Origin: Escherichia coli
GTDB taxonomy: Bacteria; Pseudomonadota; Gammaproteobacteria; Enterobacterales; Enterobacteriaceae
Length of the DNA stretch: 14,890 nt
Direction: 5' to 3' (one strand)
NCBI RefSeq assembly: GCF_003334255.1
Contig: NZ_QOWU01000078.1
Shown here: piece after piece, positions 1-7,567 of the stretch
How the letters are laid out: every line of letters starts with the position of its first letter
How positions within the stretch are numbered: the first letter of the stretch is position 1
Notes under the pieces: model-generated
The model's input: the letters and a program-made list of their open reading frames with translations, nothing else
Databases searched by the model: none
What the model was told of the DNA's origin: nothing
Made by a program: the position numbers and the translations under genes

Positions 1-105
1 ACGCGAGGCATCGTCTTAACGAGGCACCGAGGCGTCGCATTCTTCAGATGGTTCAACCCTTAAGTTAGCGCTTATGGGACTTCCCCCCCTGATAATGCCT
101 GATAT

Positions 106-1650
106 TTACAGGTGTACTTCATCAATGTCTAACAATGACTTTTGAAGCACTTCAAAGACTGAACTATGGTCAAAGTCTTTGTTTTCTCGTGCAACTGAAA
201 TACCAGAGAAAGATTTACCATTCAATAAGCGTATAGTTATTTCTTGCTTGTAGTAGTCAAAAATCATCTCTTTGATAAATGACTTTATGGCAAGTTGTAG
301 TTTGATACGTCCCTCTACAGTTTTCCGGTCACTGTCTTGGATATCATTGTCTGACCTTAATGACTGGATAGCTTCAGCCTGTCTTAAATCCTTCTTCTTA
401 GATTCAAGTTCAACACGGTTGTTTGTTATTCTTTGGGCTAATGTGTCAAGGTCACCCAATCCTCTTTCTGCAAGGCTAATTAGGTTATTAATCCCTTTTT
501 CTAGTGATGTGATATCGGCTTTAAGCGTGGTAACAGAAATATTGTCACCATTACTCTTAAGGCTCAGATACTGAAGTGTGGGGAATACCTTTTGAATGAG
601 TATATCTTCAATCAATGAACGGTTAAATGCCTTAGAATTACAACGTCCAAGTTGACGATTACGACATTCAAGATAGCCTCTAGGGTAGCGTCCTTCTGGT
701 GTCTTCTTGGTATTACGCTGACGCAGTGTAGAACCACATTCTGCACACTTGCATATCCCTTTAAAGATATCAATAGAACTTGGTTGTCGTGAGGTTGGCT
801 TCTTGCCTTTGCCTTGACCTCTAATCATCTGTACGGCATGAAACTTTTCTTTTGAAATAGCAGGGGGGAAATAGTCACTGACTCCGTAAGCAACGCCAAT
901 TAGAGACTCCTTTAATAAAAGGTCACGTACTCTTGTAGGTGTCCAGCCTGTGTCTACCTTTTTATTCGTAATGGTGGGGATGTTTTCAAGATTTAAATCT
1001 CTGGCGATTGCATGTAGTGATTTTCCTGAAAGTTTTTCGTCAAAGATTCTATGAATTGTTTCTACGTGGTGAGGTATTAACGAAAATGATTTTCCGTCAG
1101 AATTGAGTTTTAACCATCCGGGGCAATTACCGGTTATCTTTGTTCCATCCTGTTCAAACTGTTGTCGTTTATGTGACCATACCTTTTTAATACGGTCAGA
1201 TTTAATAACAGACTCGTTATGGCTACGCTCTTGTAGGATAATCATTCTGATTAATGCGAGAGAATCATCAAGAGATTGGCGGTTATACGTTTCACCGTCG
1301 CTTAGAGTGACAACCGTAATACCTTGCTCAAGAATAGCCCTGATAGTTTCCTGTGCATGGCTGATTGACTGACGGCTTACACGGTCTAACGATTCCACCA
1401 GCAAGACAGAATCTGGCGGTATCAGACCTTGCTTAACAGCTTCAAGAAAAGCCCTGAGTGCTCCACCTTCTTTTAGATGGTCACCGTGAAAGGCTGAACG
1501 ACCTAAATCTTCAAAACTAAGAGATTCGTCTAGGATGTGGTCTGGATGGCTGGCTAACCAATCCTGTATGGCCTTACTCTGTCTTCGATGACTATCACCA
1601 AAAGCTTGTTTCGTTGACGAAAAGCGAATGTAACTGTAAACCTTCCTCAT
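106..1650 (-). CDS. Large serine recombinase (serine integrase; resolvase-type catalytic domain + recombinase domain + zinc ribbon + C-terminal coiled coil)
   Basis: 514-aa ORF. N-terminus YIRFSSTKQ fits the resolvase/invertase catalytic serine motif. A Cys cluster (CKCAECGS...YLECRNRQLGRCNS) fits the zinc-ribbon domain, and the C-terminus is heptad-rich and coiled-coil-like. An in-frame stop lies 6 codons upstream of the ATG, and there is no clear Shine-Dalgarno sequence. Confidence 0.85.
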   Translation of the reverse strand: MRKVYSYIRFSSTKQAFGDSHRRQSKAIQDWLASHPDHILDESLSFEDLGRSAFHGDHLKEGGALRAFLEAVKQGLIPPDSVLLVESLDRVSRQSISHAQETIRAILEQGITVVTLSDGETYNRQSLDDSLALIRMIILQERSHNESVIKSDRIKKVWSHKRQQFEQDGTKITGNCPGWLKLNSDGKSFSLIPHHVETIHRIFDEKLSGKSLHAIARDLNLENIPTITNKKVDTGWTPTRVRDLLLKESLIGVAYGVSDYFPPAISKEKFHAVQMIRGQGKGKKPTSRQPSSIDIFKGICKCAECGSTLRQRNTKKTPEGRYPRGYLECRNRQLGRCNSKAFNRSLIEDILIQKVFPTLQYLSLKSNGDNISVTTLKADITSLEKGINNLISLAERGLGDLDTLAQRITNNRVELESKKKDLRQAEAIQSLRSDNDIQDSDRKTVEGRIKLQLAIKSFIKEMIFDYYKQEITIRLLNGKSFSGISVARENKDFDHSSVFEVLQKSLLDIDEVHL

Positions 1651-1668
1651 CTGTATATTTATCCAGTA
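1649..1668. promoter_or_regulatory. Candidate LexA (SOS) box abutting the recombinase start codon
   Basis: The plus strand reads CTGTATATTTATCCAG (CTG-N10-CAG, AT-rich spacer), 13/16 identical to the dinB SOS box core. On the minus strand it reads TACTGGATAAATATACAG immediately followed by the ATG. Confidence 0.45.
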
Positions 1669-1704
1669 CTATAATGACTCTATGACCAGATTATAAGGGG
1701 TGTT

Positions 1705-1734
1705 TTAGGAAGTGAAAATCATGATTTTACGCAT
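1705..1734 (-). pseudogene. dinB: dinB (DNA polymerase IV) 5' end, truncated: 14 nt of dinB (ATGCGTAAAATCAT) fused to element DNA, giving a 9-codon ORF (MRKIMIFTS*)
   Basis: The minus strand reads GAGGTGAGCA-ATGCGTAAAATCAT, matching the recalled dinB ribosome-binding site and start (MRKI from MRKIIHVDMD...). The sequence diverges after codon 4 and hits TAA at codon 10. Confidence 0.7.
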
Positions 1735-1750
1735 TGCTCACCTCTCAACA

Positions 1751-1770
1751 CTGGTAAAGTATACAGTGAT
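1751..1770. promoter_or_regulatory. dinB: dinB promoter LexA box
   Basis: The minus strand reads CACTGTATACTTTACCAGTG, identical to the recalled dinB SOS operator, about 16 bp upstream of the dinB ATG at 1734. Confidence 0.8.
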
Positions 1771-1804
1771 TTCAGGGTTTGAGAAATGCGTAAAGATTCA
1801 GCAT

Positions 1805-2560
1805 TTAACGCGTTCGCTGCGAAAGCACCTGCTGCTTATCCAGCTTTTGCACCAGCGGCTGCACCACTTTATCCCCATGCTGACCAAAGTATTGATACAG
1901 CGTATCGGACGCACTTTTGGTCAGCACCATAATCTCAATGCGCCGGTTGCCCGCGCTTTGCGGATTTTTGGAATCCAGCAGCATCTGGTCCGCCATTGCG
2001 CTTACCTGCATCACTTTATCTTCCGGCATTCCGGCCTCTTCCAGCACCCGACGAGCCGAAAGCGCGCGGTCACCCGAAAGGTTCCAGTTGTTGTAGATAT
2101 TGTTTTTGTAGGCCATCGCATCGGTATGCCCGGTAATAATAATTTTATTATCGAGCGAGTCGAACACTGGCGCGAGCTCCACCAGCAGCGTTTTAAAGAA
2201 CGGCATAATCTTCGCGCTGCCGCGTTCAAACATATTGCGGTTCTGGTCGTCTTTAATCAGCACGCGTAATCCCTGGGGAACAATCTCCATCTCCAGATTC
2301 GCTTCCATATGCGCATCACGGGCAATGGTGTTGATACTGGTTGCCAGCTCACCAAGCTCGGTGGCGGATTTCTTCTTCAGCAGCGCCGTTTTCTCATTCA
2401 CATCACGCGCTTTTTTCTCCGTCTCTTCCGGCACCGCCACGGTGGCAGGTTTTGGCGGATGAGACGGGCTGATTTTATTTAACGGCGACAGCCCACCACC
2501 GTTAAAAATCGACTGCCCGTGCAGCGCGGCGATAATGCTTTCACGCTCGGATTTACTGAC
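1805..2560 (-). pseudogene. lafU: lafU remnant (MotB-like lateral flagellar motor protein, N-terminally truncated Flag-2 relic)
   Basis: The translation has a MotB/OmpA-like C-terminal domain (NWNLSGDRALSARRVLEE...RRIEIMVL) but lacks the N-terminal transmembrane helix. The six-frame ORF extends to 2695 only by reading antisense through lfhA. Position between lfhA and PdinB matches K-12. Confidence 0.75.
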
Positions 2561-4274
2561 GCTGTTGACAATCAACTTTATTGTCGTCACCAAAGGGGCC
2601 GAGCGTATTTCCGAGGTTTCTGCCCGCTTTACCTTAGACGCGATGCCCGGCAAACAGATGGCGATTGACGCCGATCTTAACGCCGGATTGATCAACCAGG
2701 CGCAGGCGCAAACCCGGCGTAAAGATGTTGCCAGCGAGGCCGATTTCTACGGCGCGATGGACGGGGCATCGAAGTTTGTGCGCGGGGACGCCATCGCCGG
2801 GATGATGATTCTGGCGATCAACCTGATCGGCGGCGTCTGTATCGGGATCTTCAAATACAACCTGAGCGCCGATGCTGCCTTCCAGCAGTATGTGCTGATG
2901 ACCATCGGCGACGGCCTGGTGGCGCAGATCCCTTCCCTGCTGCTCTCCACCGCGGCGGCGATTATCGTCACCCGCGTCAGCGACAACGGCGATATCGCCC
3001 ATGACGTGCGTAACCAGCTGCTGGCAAGCCCGTCGGTGCTCTACACCGCCACCGGGATTATGTTCGTGCTGGCGGTGGTACCGGGAATGCCGCACCTGCC
3101 GTTTTTGCTGTTCAGCGCCCTGCTTGGTTTTACCGGCTGGCGGATGAGCAAACAGCCGCTGGCGGCGGAGGCGGAAGAGAAAAGCCTCGAAACGCTGACC
3201 CGCACCATCACCGAAACCAGCGAGCAGCAGGTCAGTTGGGAAACCATTCCGCTGATCGAGCCTATCAGTTTAAGCCTCGGTTACAAACTGGTGGCGCTGG
3301 TGGACAAAGCACAGGGTAACCCGCTCACCCAGCGGATTCGCGGCGTGCGGCAGGTGATTTCTGACGGCAACGGCGTGCTGCTGCCGGAGATCCGCATTCG
3401 GGAAAACTTCCGCCTTAAGCCCAGTCAGTACGCCATTTTCATCAACGGCATAAAGGCTGATGAAGCGGATATTCCGGCGGATAAACTGATGGCCCTGCCC
3501 TCCAGCGAAACCTACGGCGAGATTGACGGCGTGCAGGGGAACGACCCGGCGTACGGGATGCCGGTCACCTGGATCCAGGCGGCGCAGAAAGCGAAGGCGC
3601 TGAATATGGGGTATCAGGTGATCGACAGCGCCAGCGTGATCGCTACCCATGTAAATAAGATTGTGCGCAGCTATATTCCTGATTTGTTTAACTATGATGA
3701 TATTACGCAGTTGCATAACCGTTTATCGTCGACGGCACCGCGTCTGGCGGAAGATTTGAGCGCGGCGCTCAATTACAGCCAGTTGCTGAAAGTGTACCGG
3801 GCGCTGCTGACCGAAGGCGTTTCCCTGCGCGATATCGTCACCATCGCCACCGTGCTGGTCGCCAGTAGCACGGTGACGAAAGATCATATTCTGCTGGCGG
3901 CCGATGTGCGCCTGGCATTGCGGCGCAGCATTACCCATCCGTTCGTTCGCAAGCAGGAGCTGACGGTGTATACGCTGAATAATGAGCTGGAAAATCTGCT
4001 GACCAACGTGGTGAATCAGGCGCAACAGGGCGGGAAAGTGATGCTCGACAGCGTGCCGGTCGATCCGAATATGCTCAACCAGTTCCAGAGTACGATGCCA
4101 CAGGTGAAAGAGCAGATGAAAGCGGCGGGGAAAGACCCGGTGCTGCTGGTGCCACCGCAGCTGCGCCCTTTGCTGGCGCGTTATGCAAGGTTGTTTGCGC
4201 CGGGGCTGCATGTGCTGTCGTATAACGAAGTGCCGGATGAGCTGGAGTTGAAGATTATGGGGGCGTTGATGTAA
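2535..4274 (+). pseudogene. lfhA: lfhA remnant (FlhA-family flagellar export apparatus protein, N-terminally truncated Flag-2 relic)
   Basis: 579-aa ORF with FlhA-family motifs (VVTKGAERISEVSARFTLDAMPGKQMAIDADLNAGLI) that begins inside the conserved transmembrane region, so about 100+ N-terminal residues are missing. Length matches the recalled K-12 lfhA fragment. Confidence 0.8.
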
Positions 4275-4297
4275 GTATCCAGCATTGGTGCACAACT

Positions 4298-4487
4298 GCC
4301 GGATGCGGCGTGAACGCCTTATCCGTCCTACCGTTCAGGCACAAGTTTGTAGGCATGATAAGACGCGCCAGCGTCGCATCAGGCATCTGCGCATAACTGC
4401 CGGATGCGGCATAAACGCCTTATCCGGCCTACCGATCCGGCACAAGTTTGTAGGCATGATAAGACGCGCTAGCGTCGCATCAGGCAT
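4298..4487. repeat. BIME: four REP (repetitive extragenic palindromic) units in alternating orientation
   Basis: GCCGGATGCGGCGTGAACGCCTTATCCGTCCTAC (4298-4331) and GCCGGATGCGGCATAAACGCCTTATCCGGCCTAC (4399-4432) alternate with GTAGGCATGATAAGACGCGCCAGCGTCGCATCAGGCAT (4349-4386, 4450-4487). These are canonical E. coli REP sequences. Confidence 0.85.
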
Positions 4488-4497
4488 CTGCGCACAA

Positions 4498-4995
4498 TTA
4501 TGAAATGATACGCTCCCCGGCACTAAAATCCGTTACGTCCCCCGCCCAATCGATGGGATATAACCCTCGCGCGACATCGCGATGGAACGTTGAGAATGGC
4601 CAATCACTCACTTGCTTTACCCAACCATGCTTTACTGGATTTATATAAATATAATCAACATGATGCCTATAATCTTTGGTATTGCGGATGGCGTGCTCCC
4701 AAAAACGTGGTTGCCAGATATTTTTCAATCCACAAGCATGGGTAAATTGCTTTTTAATTTCCCGCCAGCGCGAGGAAAAATCATCATCGCCTTCAGGTAA
4801 TGTCCAGATACAGTGCATATGCTCTGGCAAAACGACCCAGGCGTTGATTTCAAAAGGCCTGTCTCGCTTAACTTTAATAATGGCGTGACGGAGCATCTGG
4901 TACTGGGTGGTCAAAAGTTGGCTTCGACGATTTCGTAAATTCACCGTGAAAAACCATGTTCCCCCCTTGATGTAATAACGACGATATTCAGACAT
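4498..4995 (-). CDS. rayT: REP-associated tyrosine transposase RayT (TnpA-REP, HuH family; IS200/IS605-like)
   Basis: 165-aa ORF matching recalled RayT/YafM (MSEYRRYYIKGGTWFFTVNL...), with the HuH motif (PEHMHCIW) and REP arrays on both sides. Confidence 0.9.
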   Translation of the reverse strand: MSEYRRYYIKGGTWFFTVNLRNRRSQLLTTQYQMLRHAIIKVKRDRPFEINAWVVLPEHMHCIWTLPEGDDDFSSRWREIKKQFTHACGLKNIWQPRFWEHAIRNTKDYRHHVDYIYINPVKHGWVKQVSDWPFSTFHRDVARGLYPIDWAGDVTDFSAGERIIS

Positions 4996-5090
4996 GGCGA
5001 CTCCTTTTTCTCAACGGTAAGAAGAAAAGGAAAGGTTGGCAATGAGGTTGTTTTATATCGGGAAAGCGGCTCGCAAATATTCGCGGGCTC

Positions 5091-5174
5091 GTAGGCATGA
5101 TAAGACGCGCCAGCGTCGCATCAGGCACCTGCGTACAACTGCCGGATGCGGCGTAAACGCCTTATCCGTCCTAC
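5091..5174. repeat. REP pair (BIME) on the other flank of rayT
   Basis: GTAGGCATGATAAGACGCGCCAGCGTCGCATCAGGCA (5091-5127) and GCCGGATGCGGCGTAAACGCCTTATCCGTCCTAC (5141-5174), in inverted arrangement relative to the 4298-4487 array. Confidence 0.8.
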
Positions 5175-5920
5175 AAAATCGTCTCTTCCGTCAAAATCCT
5201 GCGCGCGCCCAAAAAATGGTCCTGCCAGAAAGGTTCGGCTAATCGGCTTATCCGAATGGTTTCGCCGGTACGTGGCGACTCGATAAATTGCCCATCGCCC
5301 AAATACACGCCCATATGATCGGCTATCTCGCGGCTGTGGATATGGAAAAACAGCAAATCTCCCCGGCGCAGGTCGTTGTTCGCCACAATCGTTGCCCGGC
5401 GATAGTGGTACATCTCATTGGCCGTGCGCGGGAGCTTAGCCTCAAGGATCTTGTTGTAGGCATAAAAAACCAACCCGCTACAGTCAAAGCCTTTATCAGG
5501 CCGCGTACCGCCCCAGACGTAAGGCTTGCCAAGCTGCTGCTCCAGGCGGTGAATCGCCACTTCGGTAATGTTATGCAGATGGTCGCTGCTTAAAAAGTGG
5601 TTGTTTTCCGCCAGCGCCTGCCAGCGTCTGTCACTCGCCTTGAGCGGAGCAGGAAACCATTCTGGATGCTGTTTTATCTGCTCCCGGTTGTGCTGGCGTA
5701 GCGCCCTTTTGCTTTCGGCATTGCCTTCCACAATATAGCTGGCCTGCTTTTTCAGATGAGTTTGGTACTGTTTTAATAAACGCGCACGGTTTTGCATCCG
5801 CTGGCGGGCGGCGTAGCTGAAAGAGATATGTGATGTGGTGGCGCTGGCAAATGAAGAAAACGGCAAACAAATCAACAGTAATCCCGACAATACAAAGGAT
5901 GGAATCGACGGCAAGGACAT
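5171..5920 (-). CDS. yafL: NlpC/P60-family putative peptidoglycan endopeptidase/lipoprotein YafL
   Basis: The ORF 5171..5980 contains MSLPSIPSFVLSGLLLICLPF... from codon 21, giving 249 aa as recalled for K-12 YafL. The NlpC/P60 Cys motif (DCSGLV) and His are present. The start is chosen by homology, not by ribosome-binding-site analysis. Confidence 0.85.
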   Translation of the reverse strand: MSLPSIPSFVLSGLLLICLPFSSFASATTSHISFSYAARQRMQNRARLLKQYQTHLKKQASYIVEGNAESKRALRQHNREQIKQHPEWFPAPLKASDRRWQALAENNHFLSSDHLHNITEVAIHRLEQQLGKPYVWGGTRPDKGFDCSGLVFYAYNKILEAKLPRTANEMYHYRRATIVANNDLRRGDLLFFHIHSREIADHMGVYLGDGQFIESPRTGETIRISRLAEPFWQDHFLGARRILTEETIL

Positions 5921-6097
5921 ACTCAATAATGGCTGGTCATGCTTTAATGTTGCAGTGTATCCCGGATCGTTTCTGAACAAACTTAATAAACCATTATTAT
6001 AAAATTAACATATATATTTCAGTTAATTATGTAAAAACATCCGTTTATTAAATTACTCATGGATTGTCGCTGTTGCTCATTTGAGCTACAATTCAAG

Positions 6098-6113
6098 CTG
6101 AATAAATATACAG
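6098..6113. promoter_or_regulatory. LexA box in the dinJ-yafQ promoter
   Basis: CTGAATAAATATACAG (CTG-N10-CAG, AT-rich spacer), about 17 bp upstream of the dinJ ATG. dinJ is a known damage-inducible gene. Confidence 0.7.
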
Positions 6114-6129
6114 CACAGGAGATACCCCA

Positions 6130-6390
6130 ATGGCTGCTAACGCGTTTGTTCGCGCCCGAATCGATGAAGATCTGAAGAATCAGGCAGCGGACGTACTGGC
6201 CGGGATGGGGCTGACCATCTCTGACCTGGTTCGCATAACCCTCACAAAGGTCGCGCGTGAAAAGGCATTGCCGTTTGATTTACACGAGCCTAATCAATTA
6301 ACCATTCAATCAATCAAAAACAGCGAAGCTGGCATTGATGTTCATAAGGCCAAAGACGCCGATGATTTATTTGATAAATTAGGAATTTAA
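6130..6390 (+). CDS. dinJ: Antitoxin DinJ (RelB/DinJ family)
   Basis: 86-aa ORF matching recalled DinJ (MAANAFVRARIDEDLKNQAADVLAGMGLTISDLVRI...). Its stop lies 2 nt from the yafQ start. Confidence 0.95.
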   Translation: MAANAFVRARIDEDLKNQAADVLAGMGLTISDLVRITLTKVAREKALPFDLHEPNQLTIQSIKNSEAGIDVHKAKDADDLFDKLGI

Positions 6391-6392
6391 AT

Positions 6393-6671
6393 ATGATTCA
6401 AAGGGATATTGAATACTCGGGACAATATTCAAAGGATGTAAAACTTGCACAAAAGCGTCATAAGGATATGAATAAATTGAAATATCTTATGACGCTTCTT
6501 ATCAATAATACTTTACCGCTTCCAGCTGTTTATAAAGACCACCCGCTGCAAGGTTCATGGAAAGGTTATCGCGATGCTCATGTCGAACCGGACTGGATCC
6601 TGATTTACAAACTTACCGATAAACTTTTACGATTTGAGAGAACTGGAACTCACGCGGCGCTCTTTGGGTAA
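6393..6671 (+). CDS. yafQ: Toxin YafQ (RelE/YafQ ribosome-dependent mRNA interferase)
   Basis: 92-aa ORF matching recalled YafQ (MIQRDIEYSGQYSKDVKLAQKRHKD...), in operon arrangement with dinJ. Confidence 0.95.
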   Translation: MIQRDIEYSGQYSKDVKLAQKRHKDMNKLKYLMTLLINNTLPLPAVYKDHPLQGSWKGYRDAHVEPDWILIYKLTDKLLRFERTGTHAALFG

Positions 6672-6826
6672 AGCCCGCTTCCGATGAAATTTGTAAACCC
6701 TGCGCCGACAGGCTTGCGTAAAACTCTTTTGGTGATAATGTGAGCCTTCCAAATCCAGACTATTCCGATTTGGGATCCATTTTGCCGTCCTGGCGTGTGT
6801 AACCGTTTTATCAAGGAATAAGCAGT

Positions 6827-7567
6827 ATGCGTAAAATCGCATTAATTCTTGCGATGTTGTTGATCCCGTGCGTTTCATTTGCCGGTTTGCTGGGCAGCAG
6901 TAGCTCTACCACGCCTGTGAGCAAAGAGTATAAGCAGCAGTTGATGGGATCCCCTGTCTACATCCAGATCTTCAAGGAAGAACGTACGCTCGATCTCTAC
7001 GTCAAAATGGGCGAGCAATATCAACTGCTCGACAGCTATAAAATCTGTAAATATTCCGGCGGCTTAGGGCCAAAACAGCGTCAGGGCGATTTCAAAAGCC
7101 CGGAAGGGTTTTATAGCGTCCAGCGTAATCAGTTAAAACCAGACAGCCGTTACTACAAAGCGATTAATATTGGTTTCCCCAATGCCTATGACCGTGCGCA
7201 TGGTTATGAAGGGAAATACCTGATGATCCACGGCGATTGTGTTTCCATCGGCTGCTACGCAATGACCAATCAGGGTATTGATGAGATATTCCAGTTCGTT
7301 ACTGGTGCGCTGGTGTTTGGTCAGCCGAGCGTGCAAGTGAGTATTTACCCGTTCCGCATGACCGACGCCAATATGAAGCGCCATAAATATTCCAACTTTA
7401 AGGACTTCTGGGAGCAACTGAAGCCGGGTTACGACTACTTTGAGCAAACCCGTAAGCCACCAACCGTTTCTGTGGTCAATGGTCGTTACGTGGTCAGCAA
7501 GCCGTTAAGCCACGAAGTTGTGCAGCCACAACTGGCATCAAACTACACGCTCCCCGAGGCAAAATAA
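6827..7567 (+). CDS. yafK: YkuD-fold L,D-transpeptidase-like protein YafK (DpaA/LdtF, peptidoglycan-Lpp amidase)
   Basis: 246-aa ORF with an N-terminal signal peptide ([19 protein letters not shown]) and the YkuD catalytic region ([13 protein letters not shown]). A Shine-Dalgarno sequence (AGGAA) lies upstream. Confidence 0.9.
   Translation: MRKIALILAMLLIPCVSFAGLLGSSSSTTPVSKEYKQQLMGSPVYIQIFKEERTLDLYVKMGEQYQLLDSYKICKYSGGLGPKQRQGDFKSPEGFYSVQRNQLKPDSRYYKAINIGFPNAYDRAHGYEGKYLMIHGDCVSIGCYAMTNQGIDEIFQFVTGALVFGQPSVQVSIYPFRMTDANMKRHKYSNFKDFWEQLKPGYDYFEQTRKPPTVSVVNGRYVVSKPLSHEVVQPQLASNYTLPEAK

Larger units (their letters stand above)
1..1720. mobile_element. Terminal ~1.7 kb of an integrated mobile element (prophage or integrative element) interrupting dinB; the interior continues beyond the window start
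   Basis: Host sequence matching the dinB promoter and first 14 nt of dinB ends at about 1720/1721. Everything to the left is non-dinB DNA encoding a large serine recombinase. A 14-bp perfect palindrome spans the junction. Confidence 0.6.

Noticed and set aside
272-1372. Plus-strand ORFs 272-574 and 1103-1372
   Set aside because: Both are antisense to the serine recombinase coding frame.
1712-2269. 185-aa plus-strand ORF
   Set aside because: It lies antisense to the lafU remnant and the dinB promoter, has a GTG start and no ribosome-binding site, and its translation is low-complexity and His/Arg-rich. It is a shadow ORF.
2560-2695. N-terminal extension of the 296-aa minus-strand ORF beyond the lafU remnant
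   Set aside because: This part is the antisense translation of lfhA coding sequence and has no MotB homology.
2634-4295. Several minus-strand ORFs inside lfhA (2634-3095, 2747-2986, 3041-3247, 3270-3716, 3723-4295)
   Set aside because: All are antisense to the FlhA-homologous frame in GC-rich DNA, with Arg/His-rich translations typical of spurious frames.
4285-4523. Small ORFs across the REP array (4285-4503 plus strand, 4335-4523 minus strand) and 5036-5242
   Set aside because: They are translations of REP palindromes; the recurring peptide HDKTRQRRIRH is the REP sequence read in frame.
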